NCBI GenBank assembly: GCA_963792585.1
Contig: CAWBWI010000001.1
Span: 961,608 to 1,025,607 of the forward strand
Direction: 5' to 3'
Length of the DNA stretch: 64,000 bases
From: Candidatus Eiseniibacteriota bacterium
GTDB lineage: Bacteria; Eisenbacteria; RBG-16-71-46; CAIMUX01; VGJL01
Positions 41,005-50,212 of this stretch are shown here, in pieces. The notes beneath the pieces were generated by a model. That model did not search any database, was not told where the DNA came from, and saw nothing but the letters and a program-made list of their open reading frames with translations. The position numbers and the translations under genes were made by a program. The first letter of the stretch is position 1. Each line of letters starts with the position of its first letter.

Positions 41005-41508
41005 TCAGGTCGCACGGTTCGTCGTTGGTTCCGTCCCCTCGGGCATCAGACTCAAGATTCGGGGCATCGCGGCCCTCAGGCAGTCCTCGATCTGCACGAA
41101 CGTTTCCCTGTACGCATCGATGTCGAGACCGATCGGATCGTGCACCCCTTCCGGGTCCCCAGCGGGGTCCTCGTAGAGGGTGATGACGTGCGTCTTCGCC
41201 GCGGCCTCCGGAAATCGCGCGGCAATCCATTCCCCGTGCTCCGGCTGCATGGTGAGGATCAGGCTCGCCCGAGAAACAAGGCGTCTCGTCAGTTGCCGCG
41301 CTGCGTGCCCTCGGATATCGATCCCGCTCGCGGCGGCCACATCGACCGAGTGACTCGAGGCATGCGCGCCTTCCATGGCCGCGGTTCCGGCAGACTCCAC
41401 GATCACCCCGTGATGGGAGCCCGCATCCCGCAGGAGCTTGCGAAGGACTCCCTCCGCCAGCGGACTCCGGCAGACGTTGCCGGTGCAGACCAGGAGGACC
41501 CGGACCAT
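41005..41508 (-). CDS. Low-molecular-weight protein-tyrosine phosphatase
   Basis: P-loop MVRVLLVCTGNVCRSPLAEG (CX5R-S) and the DP motif ..HDPIGLDI... Confidence 0.8.
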   Translation of the reverse strand: MVRVLLVCTGNVCRSPLAEGVLRKLLRDAGSHHGVIVESAGTAAMEGAHASSHSVDVAAASGIDIRGHAARQLTRRLVSRASLILTMQPEHGEWIAARFPEAAAKTHVITLYEDPAGDPEGVHDPIGLDIDAYRETFVQIEDCLRAAMPRILSLMPEGTEPTTNRAT

Positions 41509-41595
41509 CGAACCCCTCTCACATCGGACACCAAAGGGAGGCCACGCAGCCGGTTGGAAGACGATGGGGATCGCCCGCGGAGACCCCTTCCGGCC

Positions 41596-41625
41596 AGTTT
41601 AGGAAGCCCTTCGATGGTGGGTCAA
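41596..41625 (-). promoter_or_regulatory. Candidate sigma70-type promoter (TTGACC - 18 nt - TAAACT) for the long minus-strand gene array
   Basis: On the minus strand, TTGACC is at 41625-41620 and TAAACT at 41601-41596, about 85 nt upstream of the 41508 start. Motif match only. Confidence 0.3.
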
Positions 41626-41660
41626 GCGGTCATCGCGACCAGGGACGCGTCCCGCCTCGG

Positions 41661-42329
41661 CTAGCGGAACGGCGCGTCGATCGGGATCGCGCCGGCCCGG
41701 AGCACGACCGGTCCGTCCCCCGTCATGTCCACGATCGTGGAAGCCTCCCCCACATGATCCCCGCCGTCGACGAGCGCGTCGACGTCCCGGCCGAACAATC
41801 TCTCCAGCACGGCAAACCGCGAGGGCGTTGGTTCGCCGGTCCGGTTCGCAGAGGTCGAGACCAGGGGGACCCCGATCGCTCCCAGGAGCGCTTGGAGGAA
41901 GGCCGACACGGGCCACCGAAAGGCAAGGGTGTCCCCGGGGCCGCAGAAATCGGTCGGTACGTGAGCGCGGGCTCTCAGCACGGCCGTCAGCGGTCCGGGC
42001 CAGTGCCGCATCAGGAGTTCGTGGCAGGCGCCCCTGGGGGGCTCCGCGTAGCGAAATGCCATCTCCAATCCCGACACGAGAGAGACCATCGAGGCGGGGC
42101 GCCCGGGGCCTTTGAGCGCGCGGATTCGGGTGCGGGCTGCGGGCCGGTCGAAGCGCGCGGAGAGTCCGTAGATCGTGTCGGTCGGCAGAATGACGACTCC
42201 CTCCTGCCGCAGAATCGGAACGAGCGAACGAACCGTCCGGATCGAGGAGCCATGGCGGGTCAACCGAAAGATCGGTGCGGGTTCTCCGCCGGTCGGGCCG
42301 GAACCCGGTCCCTTCGCCCCCGTTTCCAT
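41661..42329 (-). CDS. tsaC: L-threonylcarbamoyladenylate synthase (YrdC/TsaC domain)
   Basis: [14 protein letters not shown], ..WPGPLTAVL.., ..[13 protein letters not shown].., ..[10 protein letters not shown]... Confidence 0.8.
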   Translation of the reverse strand: METGAKGPGSGPTGGEPAPIFRLTRHGSSIRTVRSLVPILRQEGVVILPTDTIYGLSARFDRPAARTRIRALKGPGRPASMVSLVSGLEMAFRYAEPPRGACHELLMRHWPGPLTAVLRARAHVPTDFCGPGDTLAFRWPVSAFLQALLGAIGVPLVSTSANRTGEPTPSRFAVLERLFGRDVDALVDGGDHVGEASTIVDMTGDGPVVLRAGAIPIDAPFR

Positions 42330-42421
42330 CGGAACCTCCCTCGCGCGGCATCATTGCCCCGACCGCCGGTCGCCCCGTACACTCTCGCCCAGTCGTCCAA
42401 CTCGACCCAGGAGGTTCTTCG

Positions 42422-43552
42422 ATGACCGAGCAGAGCGGCTACCTGAAGGGCCCGCGCATCGCTCCTGAACCGATTCGTCCGGGGATGGCCGTCTCCGATC
42501 TGATCCGACGGACCTTCCTCGCGTACAATGCGGGACGCTTACGCGACGCCGCCCGCTTGCTCGTCGAGAAGATGCTCCGGGACGACGGAACGGTTGGTCT
42601 GACGCTCTCCGGAGCCCTTACCCCCGCGGGCCTCGGCATCTCCTGCCTCGCCCCGCTGCTGCGCGGCGGGTACGTCGACTGGATCGTCACCACCGGCGCG
42701 AACCTCTACCACGATACCCATTTCGGCCTCGGCTTGTCACTCCACCAGGGCTCGCCGTTCCTGAACGACGTATCGCTCCGAGAAGAGGGGGTCGTCCGCA
42801 TCTACGACATCCTATTCGACTACGATGTCCTCCTGTCGACCGATCGATTCTATCGGGAAATGATCGCAGCCCCGTCGTTCCAGCACTCGATGTCCTCCGC
42901 GGAATTCCATAGCCTTGCGGGGAAGTTCATCGCCGAGCGGGAGAAGATCCTCGGTGTCGGCGAGAGCTGTCTCATGGCTGTCGCCTACGAGTGCGGTGTG
43001 CCCCTCTATACCAGTTCGCCCGGCGATTCATCGATCGGAATGAACATCGCCGCCCTGGCCCTGGCAGGCAATCGGCTCTCCATCGACCCGAACCAGGACG
43101 TGAACGAGACCGCGGCCATCGTGTTCGACGCCAAGCGCGCCGGATCGAGCGGGGTCTGGATCCTCGGAGGAGGGTCCCCGAAGAATTTCATCCTGCAGAC
43201 GGAGCCTCACATCCAGGAAGTTCTCGCGATCGCCGACAAGGGTCACGACTACTTCCTGCAAATCACCGACGCACGACCCGACACCGGCGGACTTTCGGGT
43301 GCCACCCCGGCGGAAGCGGTGTCGTGGGGTAAGATCGACCCGAACCGGCTCCCCGACGCGGTCGTTTGCTATTGCGATTCCACGATCGCCCTGCCGCTCC
43401 TGACCGCCTACATCCTGGAAAACGTCCCGCCGAGGCCCTGCAAGCGGCTCTTCGACCGCCGCGAGGAGCTCGTCGAGTCGTTGCGGGATGCCCACCTGCA
43501 GAACCGGGTCTCGCAGATGCTCCCCCCGGGGCTCAAACTACCGGGCAAATAG
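42422..43552 (+). CDS. Deoxyhypusine synthase-like protein
   Basis: Internal ATG ([13 protein letters not shown]) of ORF 42275..43552. ..[30 protein letters not shown].. and ..[11 protein letters not shown]..: typical DS-family motifs. Confidence 0.75.
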   Translation: MTEQSGYLKGPRIAPEPIRPGMAVSDLIRRTFLAYNAGRLRDAARLLVEKMLRDDGTVGLTLSGALTPAGLGISCLAPLLRGGYVDWIVTTGANLYHDTHFGLGLSLHQGSPFLNDVSLREEGVVRIYDILFDYDVLLSTDRFYREMIAAPSFQHSMSSAEFHSLAGKFIAEREKILGVGESCLMAVAYECGVPLYTSSPGDSSIGMNIAALALAGNRLSIDPNQDVNETAAIVFDAKRAGSSGVWILGGGSPKNFILQTEPHIQEVLAIADKGHDYFLQITDARPDTGGLSGATPAEAVSWGKIDPNRLPDAVVCYCDSTIALPLLTAYILENVPPRPCKRLFDRREELVESLRDAHLQNRVSQMLPPGLKLPGK

Positions 43553-43582
43553 ATCGAATAAACGCGGAGCTGCATCACTTTC

Positions 43583-43611
43583 TAGGAACTACGCCATCGA
43601 AACGCTATAAT
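43583..43611 (+). promoter_or_regulatory. Candidate promoter with perfect -10 TATAAT (weak -35 TAGGAA)
   Basis: TATAAT at 43606-43611 inside an AT-rich island. GGAGG RBS at 43654-43658 and ATG at 43663. Confidence 0.35.
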
Positions 43612-43662
43612 TGGGGTTTAGGCATTCGAATGGATGGCTTCCCCTCACCTAATGGAGGATCC

Positions 43663-46230
43663 ATGACCTCTCGCTCGACATCGAATCGGGGGCGTTTGCC
43701 CCTTCTCGGCTTGTTGGTCTCCGCGGCGGGCCTGTGCGCCGTCGCATGGACCGCACCCGCGCGCGCGGCCGACCGACCTCTGAGTTTCTTCGAAGAAAAA
43801 GCCCTGTGGGAAGAGCACTTCCGCCAGTCCCCCGACATCCACGCAAAGGGAAGCGGATGGAAGCCCTACAGCCGCTGGGTGTGGTTCTACGGCCAACGTG
43901 TCGACGAGGACGGCTTCATTCCCGTCGGCGCTCGCTGGAACGCCTATCTCGACCAGCAGAATCTCGCTCGCCAGAATCAAGACAAACTGCGCACCGATCC
44001 GATCTGGACGAACCTCGGTCCGATCAACATCGCGGGCAGGTGCCAGCCGATCGCATTCGATCCCTCGAATCCAAACCGGATGTTCGTCGGTTCGGCGAGC
44101 GGCGGCCTCTTCGAGTCGCTCGATGCGGGCGCCAGCTGGACGCCGGTAGACGACAACCTCCCGACGCTGGCGATCGGCGCGATCGCCTGGGATCCCAACG
44201 ACGCGAACATCGTCTACCTGGGCACCGGCGAGGGAAACAACAACGCGGATGCCGTCTTCGGCGTTGGGGTCCTGCAGTCGACCGACGGCGGTCTGACCTG
44301 GGCTCCCTTCGGAACCGGCATGGACTGGCAGATCGGTGACGGCAAGGCGGTCAACAAGCTGGTCATCAACCCCACGAACGACACGATCATCGCGGCCACG
44401 ACCGCCGGGATCATGCGTTACACGGGCGGCGTCTGGACCCAGACCATGGCGGGCGTCTTCACGGGTCTCGTCCACCACCCGACCGACCCGAACACATGGT
44501 ATAGCGCCTTGGGAAGGAGCCAGCAGTCCGCGTCCAACGGCGTCTACCAGTCGCTCGACGACGGCCTCACCTGGACGAAGCAGACGAACGGGCTCCCGAC
44601 CCCTCACGGGCGCCTGGACATCGCAATGTGCACCAGCCAGCCGCTCGTCCTCTACGCCGGCATCTCGAACGGCAACGGGACAATGCTCGGCATCTACAAG
44701 ACCGTCGACGGCGGCGCCGTCTGGTCGCTCGCCTACAACGCCTCGAACCACTACGCCTCGCAGGGCTGGTACGACCTGATCATCGGGGTCGATCCGACCA
44801 ACCCGAACAAGGTCTACTCCGGCGGGCTCGACCTCTGGACCTCCACGAACGGCGGGACGAACTTCACGCAGCGCACCCACTGGAACGCCAACCCCGGCAA
44901 CCCGCAGTACGTTCATGCCGATCAACACGGATTCGCATTCCATCCCAACAACCCCGCCCACGTCTACGCGGCATGCGACGGCGGCCTGTTCGAGTCGCTC
45001 GATTCGGGGGTGAACTGGCAGGAGATCTCGACCGGCCTGACGACGATGCAGTTCTATGACATCGACGTCGCGCAAACCAACCTCACGACCGCCGCGGGCG
45101 GCACGCAGGACAACGGGTCGAACGTCTACTCCGGCACGACGAACTGGGAACGCGCGCTGGGCGGCGACGGCTTCCACTGCAACATCGATTACGCGAAGCC
45201 CGACACGATGTACATGGAGGTTTACTACGGCGACCACTACCGGACCTACAACGGCGGCGCGACGTTCACGCGGATCAACAACGGCTTCGCCGGCGAGGAC
45301 GGCGACTGGGATACGCCGGTTCACATCGATTACGACGACACATCGATCCTGTACACGTCGCACCGCAAGATCTACAAGACGACGAATCGCGGTACGCAGT
45401 GGGTCAGCAAGACCGCGATCATCTCCGGATCGGGCAGGGCGATCGCCCAGAGTATGAGCAACGTGAATCAGCTCTATTGCGGCTACAACTCCGCGCGAAA
45501 CATCCACCGCTCCACCGACCGTGGCGAGACCTGGACCCAGGTCACCGCCACCGGTCTTCCGAACCGCGCGCTGACCCGGCTGCGCGTCCACCCGACGATC
45601 CCGACCACGGTCTACGCGACCTACTCGGGGTTCAGCACGCCCAACGTCTGGAAGAGCACCGACGCCGGAGACACCTGGACCTCGATCGGCGGGAACCTTC
45701 CGGCCCTGCCGGTCAACGCGATCGAAGTCGATCCCCAGGATCCGAACGTGATCTACGTCGGCACCGACCTCGGTGTCTGGCGCACGGAGGACGCCGGGGT
45801 CTCCTGGCTTCCCTACGGCCAGGGCCTGCCAAACGTCGTCGTGGCGGACCTGCGGATTCAGAGGGCGGAGCGAATCCTCGCCGCCGGCACCTACGGCCGG
45901 GGCCTTTGGGAGATCCCGCTCACGGCGGCGGGCGCAAGCGCGGTCCAGGAATCGGATGCGGCCGGCATGCGCGTCGAGATCCTGAACGTCTTCCCCAACC
46001 CGCTCGTCACCGAGAACGCCGCAGTCCGATTCACCCTTCCTCAGGAAGGCCGCGTTCGCGTCCAGCTCTTCGATGCAAGCGGTCGACTGATCGAGTCGCC
46101 TTTCGATCGCGATCTGCCGGCGGGGACGCATCGCGTGGAGTGGCCCACCCGGGCGCCGAACGGAATCTACTTCGTCCGGATTCGTCAGGGAATGACCGTC
46201 AGCGCCTCGAAGCTGACCATCCAGCGATAA
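43663..46230 (+). CDS. BNR/Asp-box repeat double beta-propeller protein (sortilin/VPS10- or GH74-like) with FlgD-Ig/T9SS-type C-terminal domain
   Basis: Internal start MTSRSTSNRGRLPLLGLLVSAAGLCAVAWTAPARA within ORF 43366..46230. About eleven SxDxGxTW-type boxes: SLDAGASWT, STDGGLTWA, SLDDGLTWT, TVDGGAVWS, SLDSGVNWQ, STDRGETWT, STDAGDTWT, TEDAGVSWL and others. C-terminus VFPNPLVTENAAVRFTL..GIYFVRIRQGMTVSASKLTIQR. Confidence 0.8.
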   Translation: MTSRSTSNRGRLPLLGLLVSAAGLCAVAWTAPARAADRPLSFFEEKALWEEHFRQSPDIHAKGSGWKPYSRWVWFYGQRVDEDGFIPVGARWNAYLDQQNLARQNQDKLRTDPIWTNLGPINIAGRCQPIAFDPSNPNRMFVGSASGGLFESLDAGASWTPVDDNLPTLAIGAIAWDPNDANIVYLGTGEGNNNADAVFGVGVLQSTDGGLTWAPFGTGMDWQIGDGKAVNKLVINPTNDTIIAATTAGIMRYTGGVWTQTMAGVFTGLVHHPTDPNTWYSALGRSQQSASNGVYQSLDDGLTWTKQTNGLPTPHGRLDIAMCTSQPLVLYAGISNGNGTMLGIYKTVDGGAVWSLAYNASNHYASQGWYDLIIGVDPTNPNKVYSGGLDLWTSTNGGTNFTQRTHWNANPGNPQYVHADQHGFAFHPNNPAHVYAACDGGLFESLDSGVNWQEISTGLTTMQFYDIDVAQTNLTTAAGGTQDNGSNVYSGTTNWERALGGDGFHCNIDYAKPDTMYMEVYYGDHYRTYNGGATFTRINNGFAGEDGDWDTPVHIDYDDTSILYTSHRKIYKTTNRGTQWVSKTAIISGSGRAIAQSMSNVNQLYCGYNSARNIHRSTDRGETWTQVTATGLPNRALTRLRVHPTIPTTVYATYSGFSTPNVWKSTDAGDTWTSIGGNLPALPVNAIEVDPQDPNVIYVGTDLGVWRTEDAGVSWLPYGQGLPNVVVADLRIQRAERILAAGTYGRGLWEIPLTAAGASAVQESDAAGMRVEILNVFPNPLVTENAAVRFTLPQEGRVRVQLFDASGRLIESPFDRDLPAGTHRVEWPTRAPNGIYFVRIRQGMTVSASKLTIQR

Positions 46231-46263
46231 TCGATCCGTCGCCGGCCTTGCGCCGGCGGGAGG

Positions 46264-46300
46264 CCCCGCTCATCCTCGTAAGGTGAGTGGGGCTTCTTCC
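46264..46300 (+). terminator. Rho-independent terminator candidate
   Basis: CCCCGCTCA (46264-46272) pairs with TGAGTGGGG (46284-46292): 9 bp including one G-U, followed by CTTCTTCC. A second 7-bp hairpin CGCCGGC/GCCGGCG lies at 46240-46258. Confidence 0.4.
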
Positions 46301-46308
46301 TGGGAAGG

Positions 46309-47943
46309 ATGGATCCGATGAGCATTCTCGAGGCGGTCACCAGTGTCTTCACCACCGCAGCGGCGGCCCCGGAGGCCTTCCAACTGCGCGAGCCGGTCGC
46401 GCAGCGCGTCTACTTGATCGGCGGCGAGTTGCGGACTTGGGATGGCACCGTTGAGGAAGTCCTCTCACCGATTTGCGACGAGACCTCGGCCGGGCCTATC
46501 CCCCGGCGGATCGGGAGCTACCCCATGCTGACCGAACGGGAAGCTCTCTCGGCGCTCGACGCGGCGGAAGCTGCATACGATAGCGGCCGCGGGGCGTGGG
46601 CCACGCTCTCGGTCGCCGGACGCATCCGGTGCGTCGAGGACTTCACGTTGCGGATGGTCGCGCAACGCGTCGAGGTCGTGCGGCTGCTCATGTGGGAAAT
46701 CGCGAAAACCCGCCTCGATGCGGAGAAGGAGTTCGATCGCACGGTCGCCTACATCCGCGACACGATCGACGCGCTGAAGGAACTCGACCGCGTCTCCTCC
46801 CGCTTCTCCATCCAGGAGGGGATCATCGCCCAGATCCGCCGGGCGCCGCTCGGCGTGGTTCTCTGCATGGGACCCTTCAACTACCCCCTGAACGAGACGT
46901 TCACGACCTTGATTCCCGCGCTCATCATGGGAAATACCGTCATCGTGAAACCGCCGAAGCTCGGGGTGCTTTTGTACGGCCCACTGCTCGAGGCATTTCG
47001 CGACGCCTTCCCCGCGGGCGTGGTGAACTTCATCTACGGCCCCGGCGCCACCGTGATTCCCCCGCTCATGAGTTCCGGGCGCGTCAACGTCCTGGCATTC
47101 ATCGGAACGAGCCGCGTGGCGGACAGCTTGAAGGCACAGCATCCTCAACCTCACCGGCTCCGTTGTGTTCTCGGGCTGGACGCGAAGAATCCCGCGATTC
47201 TCCTGCCCGACGCGGATCTCGACCTCGCCGTCGGCGAGTGCGTCCTCGGCGCGTTGTCCTTCAACGGGCAGCGTTGCACGGCGCTCAAGATCTTCTTCGT
47301 GCACCGCTCCATCGCGGAGGCCTTCGTCCAGCGGCTCTCCGCGGGCGTTTCGCGCCTGGCGCCGGGGCTGCCGTGGGTGGAGGGAGCAGGGATCACACCC
47401 CTTCCCGAGCGGGGCAAGCCGGCCCGCCTTGCGGAGATGATCGCCGAGGCGGTCTCGCTCGGCGCCCGCGTGACGAACGAGGGGGGTGGGCTCGTCCACG
47501 GAACTTTCGTCCATCCGGCCGTCGTCTATCCGGTCGATTCCAGAATGCGCCTCTGGCGCGAGGAGCAGTTCGGTCCGGTGATTCCGATCGTCCCCTTCGA
47601 CGACGTCGAGGACCCGATTCGCTATGTCGTCGAATCGAACTTCGGCCAGCAGCTCAGCATCTTCGGTCGGGACGCGGCGACGATCGCGCGCCTCGTCGAC
47701 CCGCTGGTCAACCAGGTCTGTCGCGTGAACCTGAACAGCCAGTGCCAGCGGGGGCCCGATGCATTCCCCTTCACCGGGAGAAAGGACTCCGCCGAGGGAA
47801 CCCTCTCGGTCTCGGACACCCTGCGCGTCTTCTCGATCCGGACGCTCGTCGCCGCGAAGGGAACGGAGGCGAACAAGGAGATTCTCTCGACGATCGTGAA
47901 GGAGCGCCGATCGAGCTTCCTCTCGACCGACTTCATTCTCTAG
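46309..47943 (+). CDS. Aldehyde dehydrogenase family protein (GapN-like, long form)
   Basis: 544 aa. VIVKPPKLG, the catalytic Cys context FNGQRCTALKIFFV, and EEQFGPVIPIVPF. The usual ELGGK motif reads LGLDAKNP. Confidence 0.7.
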   Translation: MDPMSILEAVTSVFTTAAAAPEAFQLREPVAQRVYLIGGELRTWDGTVEEVLSPICDETSAGPIPRRIGSYPMLTEREALSALDAAEAAYDSGRGAWATLSVAGRIRCVEDFTLRMVAQRVEVVRLLMWEIAKTRLDAEKEFDRTVAYIRDTIDALKELDRVSSRFSIQEGIIAQIRRAPLGVVLCMGPFNYPLNETFTTLIPALIMGNTVIVKPPKLGVLLYGPLLEAFRDAFPAGVVNFIYGPGATVIPPLMSSGRVNVLAFIGTSRVADSLKAQHPQPHRLRCVLGLDAKNPAILLPDADLDLAVGECVLGALSFNGQRCTALKIFFVHRSIAEAFVQRLSAGVSRLAPGLPWVEGAGITPLPERGKPARLAEMIAEAVSLGARVTNEGGGLVHGTFVHPAVVYPVDSRMRLWREEQFGPVIPIVPFDDVEDPIRYVVESNFGQQLSIFGRDAATIARLVDPLVNQVCRVNLNSQCQRGPDAFPFTGRKDSAEGTLSVSDTLRVFSIRTLVAAKGTEANKEILSTIVKERRSSFLSTDFIL

Positions 47944-48022
47944 CCGACAGAATCGGGCCGGTCTGCCAGCGGGGCCGGTTCCGCGAAAGCTCCGGAAGGT
48001 CCTTTCGCTCCCCCGCGACTCC

Positions 48023-48026
48023 CTAG
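48023..48026. repeat. Left copy of putative 4-bp target-site duplication CTAG
   Basis: CTAG immediately outside IRL; an identical CTAG lies at 49742-49745 outside IRR. Confidence 0.5.
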
Positions 48027-48046
48027 CCCGGATTTCTCACCAAGGG
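48027..48046 (+). repeat. IRL of the IS element
   Basis: See the mobile_element entry. Confidence 0.7.
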
Positions 48047-48120
48047 GAATAGCAACGGGCGGACAGATTGGTTAAAAGGGTGTTGTCTACGCACCTACAA
48101 CGAATCATGAGGTCCGCCCG

Positions 48121-49524
48121 ATGCAGACACACTGTAACTCCGCTCAACTCGCGTTCCAACCCCTTGGTCGTCGAATCGTAGAGGCCGCTTTCGACGCGGG
48201 TCATGTGACTAGCGACGCGGGCGGCCTCCTGCTTCGAGAGATCGCTTCCACCACGCGGATGATGGAGCGGATCGCCTCCTGCTTCACCGACGCCCGTGAT
48301 CCTGCCCGGGCTGAGCATTCCCTCGACGGTCTGATTGCCCAGAGGATTTATGGCCTGGCCCTCGGCTACGAGGACCTCAACGACCACGATCAGCTCCGTC
48401 GGGATCCCCTGCTTGCCGTTCTGGTGGGCAAGACCGACCCGGATGGCCAGGATCGGGTCCGAGAGCGGGACCGGGGCTGCGCCCTGGCCGGCAAGAGCAC
48501 TCTGAATCGGTTGGAGCACACTCCTCCCACCGAGCGGGATCGTTATCACCGGATCGCCTACGACTCTGGAAAGCTCGACCGATTGCTGGTGGATCTGTTC
48601 CTGGAGTCCTACGATCACGCCCCTCGACAGATCATTCTGGATCTGGACGCTACGGATGACCCGGTGCACGGATCCCAGGAGGAGCGGTTCTTCCACGGCT
48701 ACTACGGGCACTACTGCTTTCTGCCGCTCTACGCTTTCTGCGGGGAGCACCTGCTCCTGGCCCGATTGCGGCCGTCGAACATCGATGCCTCTGCGGGGAC
48801 TGTCAAGGAGTTGGCGCCCATCATTCATCAGATCTGGCAGCGGTGGCCGAGAACCCAGATCGTCTTGCGTGCGGATTCAGGCTTTGCACGGGAAGAGATC
48901 ATGGTTTGGTGTGAGGAACAGGGCGTCGACTACGTCTTTGGGTTGGCGAAGAACTCTCGGTTGATCCGCAAGATTGCCCGGGAGTTGAAACGGGCCCTGA
49001 AACGCTATGGCCGGACAGGAAAGCCTGCCCGATTCTTCCGGGACTTCCTTTACCGGACCCGAGAGAGCTGGAGTCGATCTCGACGGGTGGTAGGGAAAGC
49101 GGAGCATCTGGAGAAGGGGAGCAATCCGAGATTCGTGGTGACCTCTCTTGAATCGGCACCAGCCCGGGATCTCTACGAAGCCATCTACTGCGCCCGCGGC
49201 GAGATGGAGAACCGGATCAAAGAACAACAGCTGGATCTGTTTGCCGACCGGACGAGCGCGACCAGCATGCGGTCGAATCAGTTGCGACTCTATTTCTCGA
49301 GCTTTGCCTACGTCCTGCTGCAGTACCTGCGGCGCGTCGGACTGCGGGGAACGGAACTGGCGCGAGCTCAGTGCGGGACGATCCGTCTGAAACTCCTGAA
49401 GATCGGCGCCCTCATCGCGGTGAGTGTCCGCCGGATCCGTTTCCGGATGGCCAGCGGCTATCCACATGCCGACCTGTTCCGCCAAGTGATGGAAAACCTA
49501 CGACACGATCCGAGTCCAGGCTAA
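48121..49524 (+). CDS. IS1380-family DDE transposase
   Basis: 467 aa. ..AFDAGHVTSDAGGLLLREI.., ..ILDLDATDDPVHGSQE..FFHGYYGHYCFLPLY.., ..IVLRADSGFAREEIMVWCEEQGVDYVFGLAKN.., ..YCARGEMENRIKEQ... Confidence 0.85.
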   Translation: MQTHCNSAQLAFQPLGRRIVEAAFDAGHVTSDAGGLLLREIASTTRMMERIASCFTDARDPARAEHSLDGLIAQRIYGLALGYEDLNDHDQLRRDPLLAVLVGKTDPDGQDRVRERDRGCALAGKSTLNRLEHTPPTERDRYHRIAYDSGKLDRLLVDLFLESYDHAPRQIILDLDATDDPVHGSQEERFFHGYYGHYCFLPLYAFCGEHLLLARLRPSNIDASAGTVKELAPIIHQIWQRWPRTQIVLRADSGFAREEIMVWCEEQGVDYVFGLAKNSRLIRKIARELKRALKRYGRTGKPARFFRDFLYRTRESWSRSRRVVGKAEHLEKGSNPRFVVTSLESAPARDLYEAIYCARGEMENRIKEQQLDLFADRTSATSMRSNQLRLYFSSFAYVLLQYLRRVGLRGTELARAQCGTIRLKLLKIGALIAVSVRRIRFRMASGYPHADLFRQVMENLRHDPSPG

Positions 49525-49721
49525 TCCCCGAAGGTCCCCGAACACCAAAGATCCGCGTCGATTACGGAGACAAGGGAGGAGTCTGCCTCGGGCGGACTGG
49601 CGCACCTCCCAGGACGCCAGATTCCGGTCTCATGATCGGGAATCGAACGGCGGATGCGCGACGAGGGGCGCGAGAGAGGATCCATCGTCCTCCGGCACGC
49701 CCCTCGATCAGCTTCTTCCTA

Positions 49722-49741
49722 CACCTGGTGAGAAATGCGGG
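49722..49741 (-). repeat. IRR of the IS element
   Basis: See the mobile_element entry. Confidence 0.7.
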
Positions 49742-49745
49742 CTAG
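49742..49745. repeat. Right copy of putative target-site duplication CTAG (contains the purE stop codon)
   Basis: CTA at 49742-49744 is the TAG stop of purE on the minus strand. Confidence 0.5.
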
Positions 49746-50212
49746 AGCGACTCGCCGCGGGCGAGCGCCTCTTTCAGGGCGTCCAGTTGCTTTGCCAGTC
49801 CCGCATCCGACAGGGCAAGGATCTGCACGGCCAGGAGCGCCGCGTTGCGGGCCCCGGCCTTGCCGATCGCGAGGGTGCCGACCGGCACCCCGGAGGGCAT
49901 CTGCACGGTCGCGAGAAGCGCATCGAGACCGTTCAAAGCGCTGCCGGGTAAGGGCACGCCGAGCACCGGCAGCGTCGTGCTCGCGGCCACGGCGCCCGCG
50001 AGATGCGCCGCCATGCCGGCCCCGCAGATCAGGACGGCGATACCCCGCTCGCGAGCCGTTGTCGAATAGACGCGCACCTCCTCGGGGGCCCGATGCGCCG
50101 AGAGAGCGCGCAATTCATGGGCCACACCGAAGCGGTCGAGCACCCTTCCCGCCTCACTCATCACCTCGCGGTCCGATTCGCTCCCGAATAGAATGCCGAC
50201 CTTCGCGCTCAT
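49742..50212 (-). CDS. purE: N5-carboxyaminoimidazole ribonucleotide mutase
   Basis: Internal start [18 protein letters not shown] within ORF 49742..50626. SAHRAPE and [15 protein letters not shown]. About 156 aa. Confidence 0.9.
   Translation of the reverse strand: MSAKVGILFGSESDREVMSEAGRVLDRFGVAHELRALSAHRAPEEVRVYSTTARERGIAVLICGAGMAAHLAGAVAASTTLPVLGVPLPGSALNGLDALLATVQMPSGVPVGTLAIGKAGARNAALLAVQILALSDAGLAKQLDALKEALARGESL

Larger units (their letters stand above)
48027..49741 (+). mobile_element. IS1380-family insertion sequence (about 1.7 kb, single DDE transposase)
   Basis: Imperfect terminal inverted repeats: CCCGGATTTCTCACCAAGGG (48027-48046) and the reverse complement of 49722-49741, CCCGCATTTCTCACCAGGTG (17/20 identical, starting CC). 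One transposase ORF. Visibly lower GC than the flanks. Flanked by CTAG on both sides. Confidence 0.8.

Noticed and set aside
41642-41653. Perfect 12-nt palindrome GGGACGCGTCCC just downstream of the tsaC stop
   Set aside because: It is too short and loop-less for a convincing terminator, it has no second copy in the window, and it could be chance in GC-rich DNA.
43645-46131. 828-aa minus-strand ORF (likewise 19487..21274 -, 21198..22358 -, 33496..35595 +, 33923..35707 -, 36196..37542 +, 39113..41176 +, 49735..51408 +, 57300..59036 +, 59544..61172 +)
   Set aside because: All are antisense or out-of-frame shadows of genes identified by strong motifs: BNR protein, OM-operon genes, bat genes, glyA/ilvE, purE/purD, tamB, Omp85.
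48015-48021. 7-nt direct repeat GCGACTC (also 49747-49753) as the IS target-site duplication
   Set aside because: This model puts CTAG inside the element and removes the purE stop from the pre-insertion sequence. purE would then read on for hundreds of codons antisense to the ALDH gene. A 4-bp CTAG duplication is favoured, and the 7-mer is kept only as an unexplained coincidence.
49525-49741. 217-nt non-coding tail of the IS, and the TTCGAAT-containing spacer at 43621-43640, examined as possible tRNA/ncRNA
   Set aside because: The T-loop-like heptamers are not flanked by complementary stems, and no acceptor or anticodon arm could be drawn.
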